Assembly (NCBI GenBank): GCA_043228905.1
Contig: JBHGNT010000013.1
Coordinates: 4,340,001-4,404,000, forward strand
Length of the DNA: 64,000 nucleotides
Direction: 5' to 3'
From: Azolla caroliniana
Lineage: Eukaryota > Plantae > Polypodiophyta
Part shown: in pieces, positions 40,347 to 53,629 of the stretch
How positions within the stretch are numbered: the first letter of the stretch is position 1
Layout: the number at the start of each line of letters is the position of its first letter
The notes under the pieces: generated by a model
The model's database searches: none
The model's input: the letters and a program-made list of their open reading frames with translations, nothing else
Told to the model about the DNA's origin: nothing
Position numbers and translations under genes: made by a program

Positions 40347-43064
40347 TTAAGAGGTCCAATATTGGTTAGAAAGCCAAAGAGAGTCGGCCTTGACAGCTAC
40401 ACCATCTTGATTACGGTGCCAATAATAATATGCATGTGTCCTATTCTTTATCTCAAACATGGCATGTCCAAAGCTAGCCTCCCGGAATGCTGAATATGCC
40501 GGTTGCGGCTCGGTAAACCTATAAAACAAACCCATAAAGTCATATATAATGAAATACATGTTATGGACATCTCAAATTCAAATTCAAATTCAAAACATAG
40601 AGGAAAACAAGAGAATTACTCTCCGGCAAGACCCTCGGCATTTCCACCATCCCCAATCACTATGTAAACGGGTGCAGAGGGGTTTGCTTTTGGGGTGCAA
40701 TTCCCATTCACAATGTTGTAGTCAATGTTGGAAAAGCGATACTGCATAAAAAGCTCCCAATTTAGTGAAGATCCAACCAAAAAGTTCAACTTCTTTCTTT
40801 GTCAATTCAAAGTTTTACGTTGAATGGCATGAAACCTTAGGCTTTTATTAAAGCAAAACATCATGTGTTGCAATATCAAAGCAATACTCACTGTTCTTTC
40901 ATATGCATGAACATGGCCGGCAAATACAATGTCCACCTTGGCTTTTACCAACCATGATTCGAATTGGACACGCATTGTTTCACCCTCCATATAATGATAT
41001 TCATTGCTATTATACCATGGGGAATGCAACAAAACAATGAGCCACGGGGTCTTTGTCCTATCTACCGAAGCTAGCTCCTTCTTGAGCCAAACATATTGTG
41101 GGGTATATTTGCCTACATAAAAACTCATTGAATGTGAGCCTACACAAGTCTATTCATAGTTTTATCAAATATGGTAGAGAAGTGTATTATAGTACTAACC
41201 ATATGCTGAATAAGACGAAAGAACAATGATATGAGCAGATGCTCTCTTGATGGAGTACCACAAGGGTGATGTGCTATTTGAGGCTTTATATGGAACTCGA
41301 AAACGGTTCAAGTACGGCTTGAATGCATCAACCTCTCCCTAATTGACAAAATCACCAAAAAACAACCATTGAATTTAAAGGACAATTTGAAATACCCACA
41401 AGTGCTTATTTATTTTCCTAAATTCCTCTCAAGTTTTTGTTTTTTCCCAAATGCCCTTGGTTTAGTCCCTCTTGTACAAATAAATATGTTATTGGTGTGA
41501 TTGTAAGGTCAGGTTACCCCAATATGCACTTTTTAGATTGTTTATAAACATAGACTAACCAACTCAGGTGCAAAATCAAGTTCATGGTTTCCAGCTGTCC
41601 AAATCCAAGGTTGATACGCCGTGCTTCGTTCGACAAACCGGCTCCAAGTATCCCATCGGTTGTTGTCATGGAATGGGTAGATGTCTGCATAGGAAAAATC
41701 ACCTACGTATAGAAGGGTGTCACCATTTGATTTCATGTAATGGTCAAGTGTTTTGTTGGAATCAAATGTTTGACCAAGGTCACCTATAAAAAACAACGTG
41801 TATGAGTGAGTTGCTTGTCACTAGTATTTCTTTGAAGAATCTCATCTACATCTCATCACTATTATCATAGACAAAAAAAGAGTGTACTCCTTTGCACATG
41901 TTATGAGTAAACACCAAATACAAACTTTCTAAGGGATTCAATGACTTCAACATAAAACATAACCCTTAAGTTTCATTAATTTAAAAGAAATGGATTTTTT
42001 TTTATAAATTTTGATTTTTCATACCAATAATCCCAAAAGTGTAGGGAGTATCAGGACCAATAGGTGGAGGTGTCTTAAACCAAAACTCTCGAGCAGAGGA
42101 TCCCTCACCTAACTTGTAGTAATATTTTGCATTAAGCTGCAAGAAGATGTCCAAACATCAACAATGAAACTATCAATTAAGACAACAAATCTTTGGGTTT
42201 TGAGTCTTATTAGTAACAATTGAGCATCAAGTTGCAAATGTGTACACACCTTGAGGTTGTCAATTCTACAATGATGAATGAAACCTGATGTGTAGTTGTA
42301 GAATGTGTATCTTGAAACTTTGCCTTTTTTACTGTAACTATACTTTCCTGATTCAAGGCCATACTGTACAACACTAGATCCTGGTTTTGAAGGTGTAGTC
42401 CATGATATAAAGACTGCCTTTCCAATGAGGTCCCCTTGTGTGATATGAACCTGAATTCCAAAAGGTTTCCTTCAATGTATAATCAGAATAGTGCCCAGTA
42501 TATACATTGGATAAATAAACACAATCAAAACAAGATTATCAAATATGAATCTAAATATTGACACATGAATAGCTCAACAATGTACATTATTGTCAATGTC
42601 CATAACAATGAAACTCTTATTTCTGCTTATAATGACTATAAGATATGAACCAAAGAGGAAATAAACTATAAATTAGAATCATCGAAAACAAAATGGAAAC
42701 ATGAATTTTGACACATCTATACCTATATACATGTAGTCTTTCACATATAGAATGCACAGCTTTCATACATTACATATGGTACATGGTTTTGAAGATTTAA
42801 TAATTTTGGACCCATGAGATTTGGTAGAAGTGATGAACACATACTTTATGTACAATATATTATAGGATGAGATAAAAAAATATTTGCCTGTTGTGGAGCA
42901 TTGTAGCCTTGGGGAACTTTGAAAACGTCACTATCCAAAGGCATGTCCACCGTTGCTGCTAATTTGCGTCTATATGAGCTTGTCACCCCACCGTGCACGC
43001 ATAGCGTGAAAGTGGACACAACTAACATTCCGTAAAACATGAGAAGAAGGTGCTTGTTTGTCAT
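40347..43064 (-). CDS. PAP: Purple acid phosphatase copy 2, ~455 aa; exons 43064-42888, 42450-42250, 42136-42025, 41783-41560, 41338-41200, 41112-40892, 40741-40620, 40518-40347
   Basis: Signal peptide; GDLG, GDFSY, GNHE, VLLH, GHVH, GDGGN. Same exon structure as copy 1 (exons 1 and 7 differ slightly in length); GC donor in intron 1. Confidence 0.94.
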
Positions 43065-44651
43065 TGTGTCCCTAAAAAAGGAGACAAAATATGTACCTTA
43101 GGATACATGGTTATGCCATATAAATTTGAAGGCACTTTGAGCTTATATTTTTACTTCCATAAAAGAGCTTAGTCATTGAACATGAAAGACATGTCTGTCT
43201 CTAAATTGCAAGAGTTTAGTCTTACCCGATGGAGAATAGAAGGAAGATGGGCAAATAGAATTACTAATGAATTGATTACATGGTTGAGGGATAGAGCTCT
43301 ACTTATATAGATTTGATTCATCCTATATGTAATATATCCACAAGTATATTCTAGCACAAAAAGTCAAACTATTAAATAATTCTAACTTTAAAGGAAGACT
43401 AAGTGACAATAATATATCAAACAACAAATTGTCGAGCGATTCCAAGCCTAATGGAGAAGCCTCGTAGAGCATAAACAAAGAGCCAATTTCCATAATGTGA
43501 AAATGGAAACAATTGTAATTTGTAAAATGTAAAGAAAGTAAAAGAATAAGCTTTTTACTTCTCCTTCATTTCTTAGTCAATTTCTTAGCTAGAGCTTTCC
43601 TCTCGATCTCGTGTTCTTTCATCGTGTTAGCCCTAATCTTGGCCTACTTCCATATGTGTCAAGTTTAAGGCCACAATGCCTAAGAGAGTATCATAGCCAT
43701 AGTTCGTGTTTTGTTATGCTATCAAGTGGTGTTTACAATTTTCTAATGAGCACAAAGTGGTCATTGTATGGGATATATTTTGTCAACCCTTTTTATTGCC
43801 ATGTATCTATGTGCACGTTGAAGTGTCATTTTCAACGTGTTCCATTCACTATACATAACAACTTATCCTCACATCAATCTCCTCCACAAATATGCTAAGT
43901 ATATTCAAGGAATCCCTACTAAATATGCTTCATGGCCACGATGGTTTTCTCCTTTTCTTGCTTCCTTGAGAGTTTTTCTACAATGGATTCTCTTGGAAGC
44001 AATCTTTTCAAATGGCCTTCTTCTGTGTGGATAATTTCATTAAATCCATTGAACATGATCTAAAGACATATTTAAATAAAGTATGTATACTTTACCAAAA
44101 CAATAACTTGTTAATTTACAACTATACTCTTGTCAGCATGCAACATTTATTGGTTAAAATTTTGTTTCCATTAATTTCTTCATTCCATATCAAGGTTATA
44201 AGCTCATGGAAAATAGTGCTTCCTTGGGTAAAACAAAGTTGCACCGAATTTTAGAACTAAGTAAATTTGTTTGTCAAAATGGCACACCCTCAAGATTTTG
44301 TGAGCATGGTTGGTTCACCCACCTTCAAGGTTCCAATGGTTTAGAAAATTCTTATATTAAATTCTTTTACATACAAAGGTTGACGTATCATATAACCCTA
44401 TGTAGTAAGAGAACCGGTATTCATTCAAATATATTAATGTTCTCAAATAATAGTTTTGTACAGGAAACCAAGAAAGTCATCTTGAAGTGAGATGACATCC
44501 ATTACTCGCGAGTCGCATCATCTAATAAAGAGATCCATAAATGTTGAAATTTCGGAGTGTTTTTTACATGGAACAAGTTTATTGTGGTTGTTTTGAGGCA
44601 TTTTGTAGTTGCATTTCATTTGTGACATCCCATTGATGAAAGGGATTTTCC

Positions 44652-46297
44652 TTATGAGCTCCAATATTGGTTGGATAGCCAAAGAGAGTCGGCTACAACA
44701 GCTTCACCATCTTGGTTGCGATGCCAATAATAATATGCGTGTGTCTTGTTCTTTATTTCAAGCATGGCATGGCCAAAGCTAGCTTCTCGGAACGCGGAAT
44801 ATGTGGGTTGAGGCTCGGTAAATCTATAAGCACAAGACCATTATATCACAAAAAGTTGCATAGACAAGTGTTTGGCAAGATTGGTCTTCATAATTCAAGG
44901 GAAAACGGAACATTACTCTGCGGCAAGACCTTCTGCATTTCCACCATCCCCAACCACTATGTAAATGGGCGCGGATGCGTTCGGTTGCGGGGTGCATTTC
45001 CCATTCACAATGTTGTAGTTTATGTTGGAAATTCGATACTAATACATCGATACATTTGTAGTGTTAAGTGATGATAGAATAAAAACTTATAATTTTCTCC
45101 TTGCAATCCAATCTCAAATCATGTTAAGTGGTGAGAAATATTTGCGAATCGATATTGATGAATGTAAAGAAAGGCAATGAAATGATGGGTTGATGATTAC
45201 TCACCGTCCTTTCGTATGCGTGGACATGGCCGGAAAACACAATGTCCACCTTGGCATTCACAAACCATGATTCAAATTGAACACGCATCGTTTCGCCCTC
45301 CATATAATGATGTTCATTGCTATTATACCATGGGGAATGGAACAAAACAATGAGCCATGGAGTCTTTGTTCTATCCACTGAAGCTAGCTCCTCTTGGAGC
45401 CAGGCATATTGTGGGGTGTATTTCCCTACACAAACATTTACATTGTGTGTCTATGAGTCAGGTCGGTCTATTCGAAAAGAGAAAGAGAGAACAATTAGAG
45501 TTGTATTAACTTACCATATGAGGAGTAGGATGAAAGAACAATGATATGAGCAGATGCTCTCTTGATGGAGTACCACAATGGAGATGTACTATTTGAGGCT
45601 TCATGTGGCACCCAATAGCGGCTCAAATACGGCTTAAACGGCTCCGTCTCTCCCTACACAATCGAAAACAACAAGAAAGTGATGAAGGCTAGGATCTCAT
45701 TGCAGAAGAAATAATGGAAAAACAGCTAATAATCTTTCTCTCCCTACCCCAATTTATATGTATAAATAAGATTCACATATGCAAATTAATCACTTCATAT
45801 TGTTAGCATATTTGTGTATACATGAATATGGTATGCAAAGTAACACAAGTATATGCATGTACATACACAAATTCAAATGCAAATGTAACCACTTATTAGA
45901 TTAGAGTGCATACACATCCTACAACAAATTAATCACTTCTCAAATCCCAACATGCATATATATATATATATATACATACATACATGCATGCATACATATG
46001 CAGATGATCTTAGCATGCTTGCATACATAGTTTTGAAAAACTAAAATAGTGTCGATGGTAAAGAAGAAGTTACCACTTTAGGAAGAAAATCAAGCTCATG
46101 GTTCCCAGCTGTCCAAATCCAAGGTTGATACGCCGTGCTCCGTTCGACAAACCGGCCCCAAGTGTCCCATCGCTTGTTGTCATGGAATGGATAGTTGTCT
46201 ACATAGGAAAGGTCACCTACATATAGAATTGTGTCGCCATTTGCTTGTATGTAATGCTCAAGTGTTTTGTTGGAATCAAATGTTTGGCCAAGGTCAC
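44652..46297 (-). CDS. PAP: Purple acid phosphatase copy 3, exons 4-8 only (46297-46074, 45653-45515, 45425-45205, 45038-44917, 44823-44652); exons 1-3 not in window
   Basis: Open frame, GT-AG sites, exon sizes 224/139/221/122/172 identical to copy 2; GDLG, GDLSY, GNHE, VLFH and GHVH intact. Confidence 0.85.
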
Positions 46298-46989
46298 CTA
46301 TTTAAACAATGACATGATTGAATTGTCAAAAATCTACATCCCATCACCGTAACACCTAAACATTAAGTTGTGGTTTAGGATTAGGAGAACCCATATGTTC
46401 AAGAAAGGAAACATTTAAAAAAGAAGAGAAAGGAAGGAAAATGAATGGAAATTTTAACCAAAATTAAGATGGATGATGAAGCATTACAAAACATACACCT
46501 CTTCATATGAGGGGTTATATTTATTTTTCCTAAAAGTAGAATATTTAGATATGATGATATTAATAATGTTGATCTAATTAAAAACAAAAATGTTTGGCCG
46601 AGGGTTCGGGTTCGTGCCGGCCTATGAAGGAGGTGGCACGGGCACAACTGTTGTTTGTAATGTAGTTGTTTCCTCATCCATTCTGTTTATAGGAAGAGCA
46701 TACAGGGATGTTGTCGTGGTGTGGCATGCGAAGATGGGAAACGTGGCTGAAAATGGGATAAGAGATGAGGGTGAGAGCATGAATGAAAAAGTACGAGAGA
46801 GAAAATGTTCCATGTAGAAAAAGGGGCAAAGAAAAAGGGAAGAGAAAAATATGAAATGAATATAAACTTATTAAAAAATTAATAAAATTGGATGTCCTAG
46901 TGGATAGAGTCATTTAATTTTTGCAAGAGGTAGCGTTTGACTCCTTTTAGAATGGACGTCTTTAATAATATTCTTTATTCACTTTAAAT

Positions 46990-47660
46990 ATTGAGAAATG
47001 GACATTTGCATTTAATGCAAATGTGACGGCCCCGCTTCCCCCTTCCTCCCCATAAAAGGAAGTAGGGAGGACTCATTTTCTTCTTCTTCGCTTTAGTATT
47101 CCTTGAGCTTTTAGTCTTGAGTACATTTGGGTTTTCTTGTGAGGGTTTCTTCCTTCGTTCTTCCTTTCCTCCTCCCATCTTTCAATGTTCGTGTTCAGTG
47201 TTTGTTGTTCGGTGTTCGTGTTCAGTGCGGTCCTCATTGGTGGTTCGTGCGTTTGGTCGTTCGGTGTTCGGATACAACCTTCGTTGAGGAGAGCATACAC
47301 TATTTTTGCTCCATCTGCCTCCTTACTCTTGTTGAGCTTGTGGTTAACTAAAAGTTAACACTTTTGTAAACCCCCCCTTTTCTTCCCTTGTAATCGAAAG
47401 CCCTATTTTGTAAAGGGGCACTCTTGTGTTGTAATCGAGTGTTTGTTTTGTCAGTAAACCTTACTCCCAAATTTTGTGTGTTAACCTTCTTCTCGTGCGT
47501 TCGCTTGTCCTTGTGACTTGGGATTGATTCGGGCACGCCCATGCCCTTTCACAAAGGCATCTAGACATTCATGCCTTGTGTGTTAACCTTGTTCTCGTGC
47601 GTTACCTTGTCCTTGTGACTTGGGATTGATTCGGGCATGCCCATGCATCCCTTTGCTCCA
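46990..47660 (+). mobile_element. LTR fragment related to the E1 LTR
   Basis: Shares ccccttcc...ataaaagga, gttgagcttgtgg.taacta, ccctatttt.taaaggggcactcttg and gggcatgcccatg with 3130-3720. Confidence 0.6.
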
Positions 47661-47701
47661 TTTGTTATGAACATATACAAAAAGTCCAAGACTCATAATA
47701 A

Positions 47702-47756
47702 AGATTCGAACCCATGACTTCCTCAAAGAGGATGTGCAACTTCAACCACTAGGATA
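47702..47756 (-). promoter_or_regulatory. tRNA-like A/B-box cassette
   Basis: Reverse complement reads TATCCTAGTGG ...33 nt... GGTTCGAATCT. Confidence 0.55.
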
Positions 47757-47879
47757 CATTATATTAGATGAATTCTTTAAAATTCTTAGATTAGATCAAT
47801 AATAACAACATATAATATTATGAAATATTACCACCACAAGACTTCCTTCTCACTTTTCATGACGATCCTAAATCTCTTA

Positions 47880-48200
47880 CTGAGGTGATTAGTCGAGGTG
47901 TACGATGTGACCATCGATTATTTGAGCGATACTTTGAACTTCAACAATGGTCTCGACCTCGATCAGAGCAGACATATGCATTGGTGACATTGCTACCTAC
48001 ATCTGGAACTATGCAGGTCCGTATTTCTAACCCAATAAGTGGCCCTACTCCAATGGAAATTGATTCTACATGTCGTTGAGGACTTGTAACAGAAACTGAA
48101 AAACAAAGACGTTGGGCTAACCACCTATGTTTATATTGTGGTGGTCCAAGACATATAGCGATAAATTGTCCTCATTGACCTAGGCATCAAGTTAACTATT
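47880..48200 (+). mobile_element. Tcn1-like gag remnant
   Basis: RCDHRLFER, GPTPMEID and CLYCGGPRHIAINCP, homologous to the gag at 27740-28010. Confidence 0.7.
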
Positions 48201-51047
48201 GAGCGGACAAACTCCACATGATCCAGATCGGCATTCGGAACCAAGCGTTTGTTGAAAAATCGTTTGGTCAAATCACAATAAACGAACTGTGCTGAAATAC
48301 GAATCACAGATATGCCAGAAAACATGACAACAATGGTGCATAGAGATTTAACGTGGAAACCCTAAAACGGGAGAAAACGACAGGAACAAAGCTTCACTAT
48401 GTATAGTGGATATACAACACAAAATGTTACAACACTCCTTCGAGTGTATCAGCCACGCAGGGCTCTTGGCTTCTGCTATTACGCACATAGTTATGGCGCC
48501 ACTCTCACTCACTCTCTTGTCTCACACGCTCTCACGCTACTTCTGTTCTATACACACATATGCAACATTTTGCCCTAAGTATATTTATACTTATACACTG
48601 TATAGGCTATTTACAATTGTAGCCACTGCTACATATCATTACTATTATTGCTATAATAATAATAGTCGAACTATTAAGCAGTTGACTCTTTGTTTTCGAC
48701 TCTTCGACTGTCGGCTATTTCCGAAACAGTCAGCTCCTCCTCCCATTGGAGGGACATATTCCCAACAAACTCCCCCTTCACTCCTGTGGGAGGGAGTTTG
48801 TCAATCCTGTCTTTTGTCAACAGACTCTAAGTCTGTCCATAGGTAGGTTCTTCGTGAGCATGTCAGATCCATTATCATCAATATGGATCTTCATAAGAGA
48901 AAACTCTTCTTCTTTGACTCTCTCCCGCAACCAATGATGCCTTCTCTGTATGTGCTTGGTCTGGGAGTGGTATGCAACATTCTTGGCAAGGTGTATGGTG
49001 CTTTGGCTATCACAGCGAAGCAAGAACTCCTTTTGCTTCATCCCTAATTCGTTGAGAAAGTTTCTCATCCAAATTAGCTCTTTGCCGGCCTCTACCGCTA
49101 CCATATGCTCTGCCTCTATAGTCGACAAGGCTACAGACTTCTGTAGTCGTGACTTCCATGACATTGCGCCCCCTGCATAGGTGTAAAAAGTAGCGTGCGG
49201 AAGCAAGTATGAAGACAGAACAGAAGGAAGAACACTCAGGTTTAATGGAGAGCTTGAGCTTACGCAGTATACGCAGGAGAGACAGAGAGTAAGAGAGAGA
49301 GAGAAAACACAAGAACTATATTCAACAACAACTCAAATCTCTATTCACCACTCTATACACATGTGTGTTCCATGAACACTTTTATACAAGTCCTCGAAGG
49401 ACTGACCGAAGTACTGACGGTACTTCAATGCTCATTAAGAGCTCCTACACTAACTCCCAAACATATTCCTCACGGAATATCTTTCCTAACGGCCTCCCGG
49501 TTTACGTACTCGGCCTAACCGATCGGTCCCAACCGATCCGGTCCTTGGCTTCTTCAGCCGATTCGGCCGATGTTGAGCTTGTCTCTCAACACTCCTCCTC
49601 AAGCTCAACTCGAGGCTCTTCGGGATCCTCGGGCTCACAGTTCCGGTTTCTCCTGGCTTCACGCCTCGCTCGTGCTCCTCGACCTGTTCGACTCCGCGCG
49701 CTTCGACCCTTCCAGTCGGCTTGTCTGCTCATGCGGCCCTTATAAGGTGTTCTGTTGTTGCGGTGTTGACGCTTCTCCTACTGCCTTTTCTTCCGCTTGG
49801 GCCTCGGTTGATTCAGCGTGTCTGAATCAAACATCCGAACCGATTCGGCTACCTCCGATCGGTTTTCGCTCTCGTCCGAGTTGGCTGTCTCCAACTCGTC
49901 TTCGGTCTTCTCGCCCTCGGTGGCGTCATCTTCGGTGGCGTCATCTTCCCCATGCGTGGTTGGCTTCGGCTCTCTCCTTCGGTTGCTCCCCTTCTGTCCT
50001 CTTCTGAGCTTTTCCGCGGGTCCGCCCTCGGCTTCTTCAGTCGATGAGCCAACCGACTCGGTGTCGCGGTCTCCGTTCCTTTCCTGCTGCCTTGCTTAGT
50101 CGTTCAGGACTTTTCTCCCCCTCAAGTTTGGCACGTTGTCGTGCCTTTCGGCTCCGGATCGTTTGCGTGAGTCGGGTGGGAACCACCGGGGTTTTGGACT
50201 AGGAGAAAGAAGAATATGAGGCTAATCTAGTTATGAATATGAATAGATTATAAGAAAGAGATATAGAAACTTGTGGGATTCACAAGGTTTGATCTCTTTT
50301 CTCAATCTACTCTAATCTATTTTAAATTATTTCAATTTATTACTACGATTTAGATAAACTAAAACAATTATACTTGTGGGATTCACTAACTGTGTCGTGC
50401 CTTTCGGCTCCGGATCGTTGCGTGAGTCGGGTGGGAACCACCGGGGTTTTGGACTAGGAGGAGGAAGAATTTGAGGCTAATCTAGAAAGAGATATAGAAA
50501 CTTGTGAATCCCACAAGTATTACATTAATCAATATTTATGTAAGAATATGAATTTAGATTGAAAGAGATAGATTATCTTAAACTTCGTGAATCCCACGAG
50601 TATATTTTATTAATTGGTGTTTTAGGAAATATATCCAATTTGCCAAATATTTCACACGCCTATTACATTGTGCTCCCCATCCTTATGTAGTGATGGGAGA
50701 GACTAAGCATAGCTACATGCTTTTTTTCTAATATGTTCATGCACACTAAATGTGCATGTGATGCTTTTCTAATCCTTGCTTTTATTTGCTAAATATAGTG
50801 CTCATGCACGCTAGATGTGCATGAGTCACTTTTTAGTTGCTTGCGTTTTTCTATAAAATATTCACGCACTCTAAAAATGCACGATTTACCTTTTAATAAA
50901 GGTAGGCGCAAATAAAGCAGTTATAGTTATTAAATCTATTTATAGAACACTAAAGATAAGGTAGCATAATGGTAAAGTTGAGGTTTGGCTACGTGGAGGT
51001 ACAAGGTTCGAATCTTGCCCTATGCACGTGATATGCAATTAAATCGG

Positions 51048-53054
51048 TTATTTTATTTTTACTTTTTCACGTAGTGTACGAAATACACTACGACACTCGC
51101 CCCCTCCGAACCCGCACATCCTCCGGTATGTGCCGAAGTTGCCGATGCTCGTTGTCTCCCCTTCATCCTCCGTTTGTCCCGCTATGTCAACTTTGTCTCT
51201 CCATTTTGAGTAGACCCATTCTTTCCACCCGAACCATTGTCGCCATCCGATCCACCATATTCTTTGTTCTCTCTCGTCATATTCTTGGCCCTTGTCATTC
51301 GTGGTAGTGTCTTTTACTGGCCTCTTTCTTGTCTTCATCAACCTTGACTTTTTTCCGGATCGCTCTCGTCCGATCGACTTTCGGTTTGATCGGCGTCCGA
51401 TCGGATTCATATTTGGTCGAATCGGAATCGGTTGTTCGGTTTCGATTGAGTCGGTCTCCTTCCGGCCTTGTTTCGATCTATCAGTTTCGGTTTTGGTTGG
51501 CTTTCTTTTCCTCGTTTTCACCAGCCTCGACCGGTCCAACCCCCAGTTGAGTTGGATTAGCTTCTTTCCGGATCGGTCTCGTTTGTGTCGTCTTTCGGCC
51601 GAATTCTCTTCCTTTCGGTTCGGCTTTCTTTCGGGTCGACTTTCGGTCGAATCCTCTTTTACCCGGTTCGGCTTTCTTTCGGATCGGAATCCTGTCCGGA
51701 TCACCTTCCATCCGAACCGGCTTCCGACTTTACCTTTCTTGCCGCCACCTCCTGTCTCTCCGGTCTCACGTTGGTTCTCGAATACAACCGCCGAAGTCTC
51801 TAGAATTAGTGGGTAGGAATCCTCGGTATTATCATCCTCCATTGTTTCACCCATAGCCATATTCTCGGCTATCTCTCCGTCGTATGCATCGACTTCGACC
51901 TTTGTTTTCTCTCCGCCACCTTCCGTCTCTTCGGTCTCACGTTGCCTTTCAAACGCAACCGCCGGAGTCTCTGGAATCAGTGGTGGGGAAGTCTCGATAT
52001 GGCAATCCGCCATTGATTCGTCCATAGCCACCTCCGATTCGATTTCGTCTTTTGTGGCTACCTCCTTAATCACATCCGCTTCACACTCTTTATCTGCATC
52101 AATTATGCAAACATCTATTATGCTTACCCCTTTTTGACCCGATGTCTCGGGCACTTGTATCCCGAAATTTCCTTCTACACTTGAATTATCGGCCTTATCC
52201 TTCGCCATCGTTCTTTCACAAGACGAGTGGGTGTCTTGTTCCACTCTTTCTCCCGTGGTACCATCATGTTGTATTTCGGCCTTCATATTGGCTTCATCGT
52301 TTTTCCTCAATCGACCATCCTTCATGGGCCATGTCGTTGTTGACAAGATTCTCAGCTTCCTTTCATCATGTCTTCGGCATACCCTTTCGACTTTGGCCCA
52401 ATCCTCGGTAAGGCCGTTCGCACCGTCATCATCTTCGAGTTCGATCCCAATGTCCATCCTTTCTTTCCGATCGATCGATCTTACGAACATTAAGACTTTA
52501 TCTTCTCCCACCAATCTTCGTTCCCGCTCCGAGAGTCGAGCAAAATGATGCTCGAACTCTAGGAACGCTTGCGTTGCACTTCGGTGAGTCTTCTCCGACG
52601 CCACCCATTCGTCGAATTCTCGTCGATCTCGTCCCGTCCATCTCTCATAGTCATATGCCTCCCATAAAGCTTCTTCAAAGGACTCCCATGTCGAGTTTTG
52701 TTGTTGTATCTTGTGGATTCTCTCTTGTAGTTCGTCCGAGGCCACCCGACTAAAGGATATCACTTGCAATCCTTCCGGTATCCGATATTGCATCATCTCC
52801 GCCTTATATTCACGTAGGTAGCGTGACACACCCTTACCGTTGAATTCCCTGTTTCGTCGCAGAAGCCGCTCTACTGCCGCCTTCATCTCCGACATCGCAC
52901 GTTGTTCTTGTTGCATCCGCTCAAACAGTATCATCATCATGTTCATCGCCTCTTGTTGATTCTCCATCTCCTTGCCACCCGCCTTCACGTCGGGTTCACC
53001 AACTGTGTCGTGCCTTTCGGCTCCGGATCGTTGCGTGAGTCGGGTGGGAACCAC
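51048..53054 (-). CDS. Element Y Gag-like ORF (conserved gag N-half + acidic/basic low-complexity tail); likely start at MENQQEA just after the PBS
   Basis: Uninterrupted 668-codon frame; REFNGKGVSRYL...DKVLMFV...GLTEDW matches the X and E1 gags. Confidence 0.8.
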   Translation of the reverse strand: MVPTRLTQRSGAERHDTVGEPDVKAGGKEMENQQEAMNMMMILFERMQQEQRAMSEMKAAVERLLRRNREFNGKGVSRYLREYKAEMMQYRIPEGLQVISFSRVASDELQERIHKIQQQNSTWESFEEALWEAYDYERWTGRDRREFDEWVASEKTHRSATQAFLEFEHHFARLSERERRLVGEDKVLMFVRSIDRKERMDIGIELEDDDGANGLTEDWAKVERVCRRHDERKLRILSTTTWPMKDGRLRKNDEANMKAEIQHDGTTGERVEQDTHSSCERTMAKDKADNSSVEGNFGIQVPETSGQKGVSIIDVCIIDADKECEADVIKEVATKDEIESEVAMDESMADCHIETSPPLIPETPAVAFERQRETEETEGGGEKTKVEVDAYDGEIAENMAMGETMEDDNTEDSYPLILETSAVVFENQRETGETGGGGKKGKVGSRFGWKVIRTGFRSERKPNRVKEDSTESRPERKPNRKEENSAERRHKRDRSGKKLIQLNWGLDRSRLVKTRKRKPTKTETDRSKQGRKETDSIETEQPIPIRPNMNPIGRRSNRKSIGRERSGKKSRLMKTRKRPVKDTTTNDKGQEYDEREQRIWWIGWRQWFGWKEWVYSKWRDKVDIAGQTEDEGETTSIGNFGTYRRMCGFGGGECRSVFRTLREKVKIK

Positions 53055-53574
53055 CGGGGTTTTGGACTAGGAGGAGGAAGAATTTGAGGCTAATCTAGAA
53101 AGAGATATAGAAACTTGTGAATCCCACAAGTATTACATTAATCAATATTTATGTAAGAATATGAATTTAGATTGAAAGAGATAGATTATCTTAAACTTCG
53201 TGAATCCCACGAGTATATTTTATTAATTGGTGTTTTAGGAAATATATCCAATTTCCCAAATATTTCACACGCCTATTACATTGTGCTCCCCATCCTTATG
53301 TAGTGATGGGAGAGACTAAGCATAGCTACATGCTTTTTTTCTAATATGTTCATGCACACTAAATGTGCATGTGATGCTTTTCTAATCCTTGCTTTTATTT
53401 GCTAAATATAGTGCTCATGCACGCTAGATGTGCATGAGTCACTTTTTAGTTGCTTGCGTTTTTCTATAAAATATTCACGCACTCTAAAAATGCACGATTT
53501 ACCTTTTAATAAAGGTAGGCGCAAATAAAGCAGTTATAGTTATTAAATCTATTTATAGAACACTAAAGATAAGG

Positions 53575-53629
53575 TAGCATAATGGTAAAGTTGAGGTTTG
53601 GCTACGTGGAGGTACAAGGTTCGAATCTT
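53575..53629 (+). promoter_or_regulatory. Pol III A/B-box cassette in the Y LTR (second copy 50962-51016), antisense to the element
   Basis: TAGCATAATGG (consensus A box) ...33 nt... GGTTCGAATCT with a T-arm-like stem; no acceptor stem. Confidence 0.7.
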
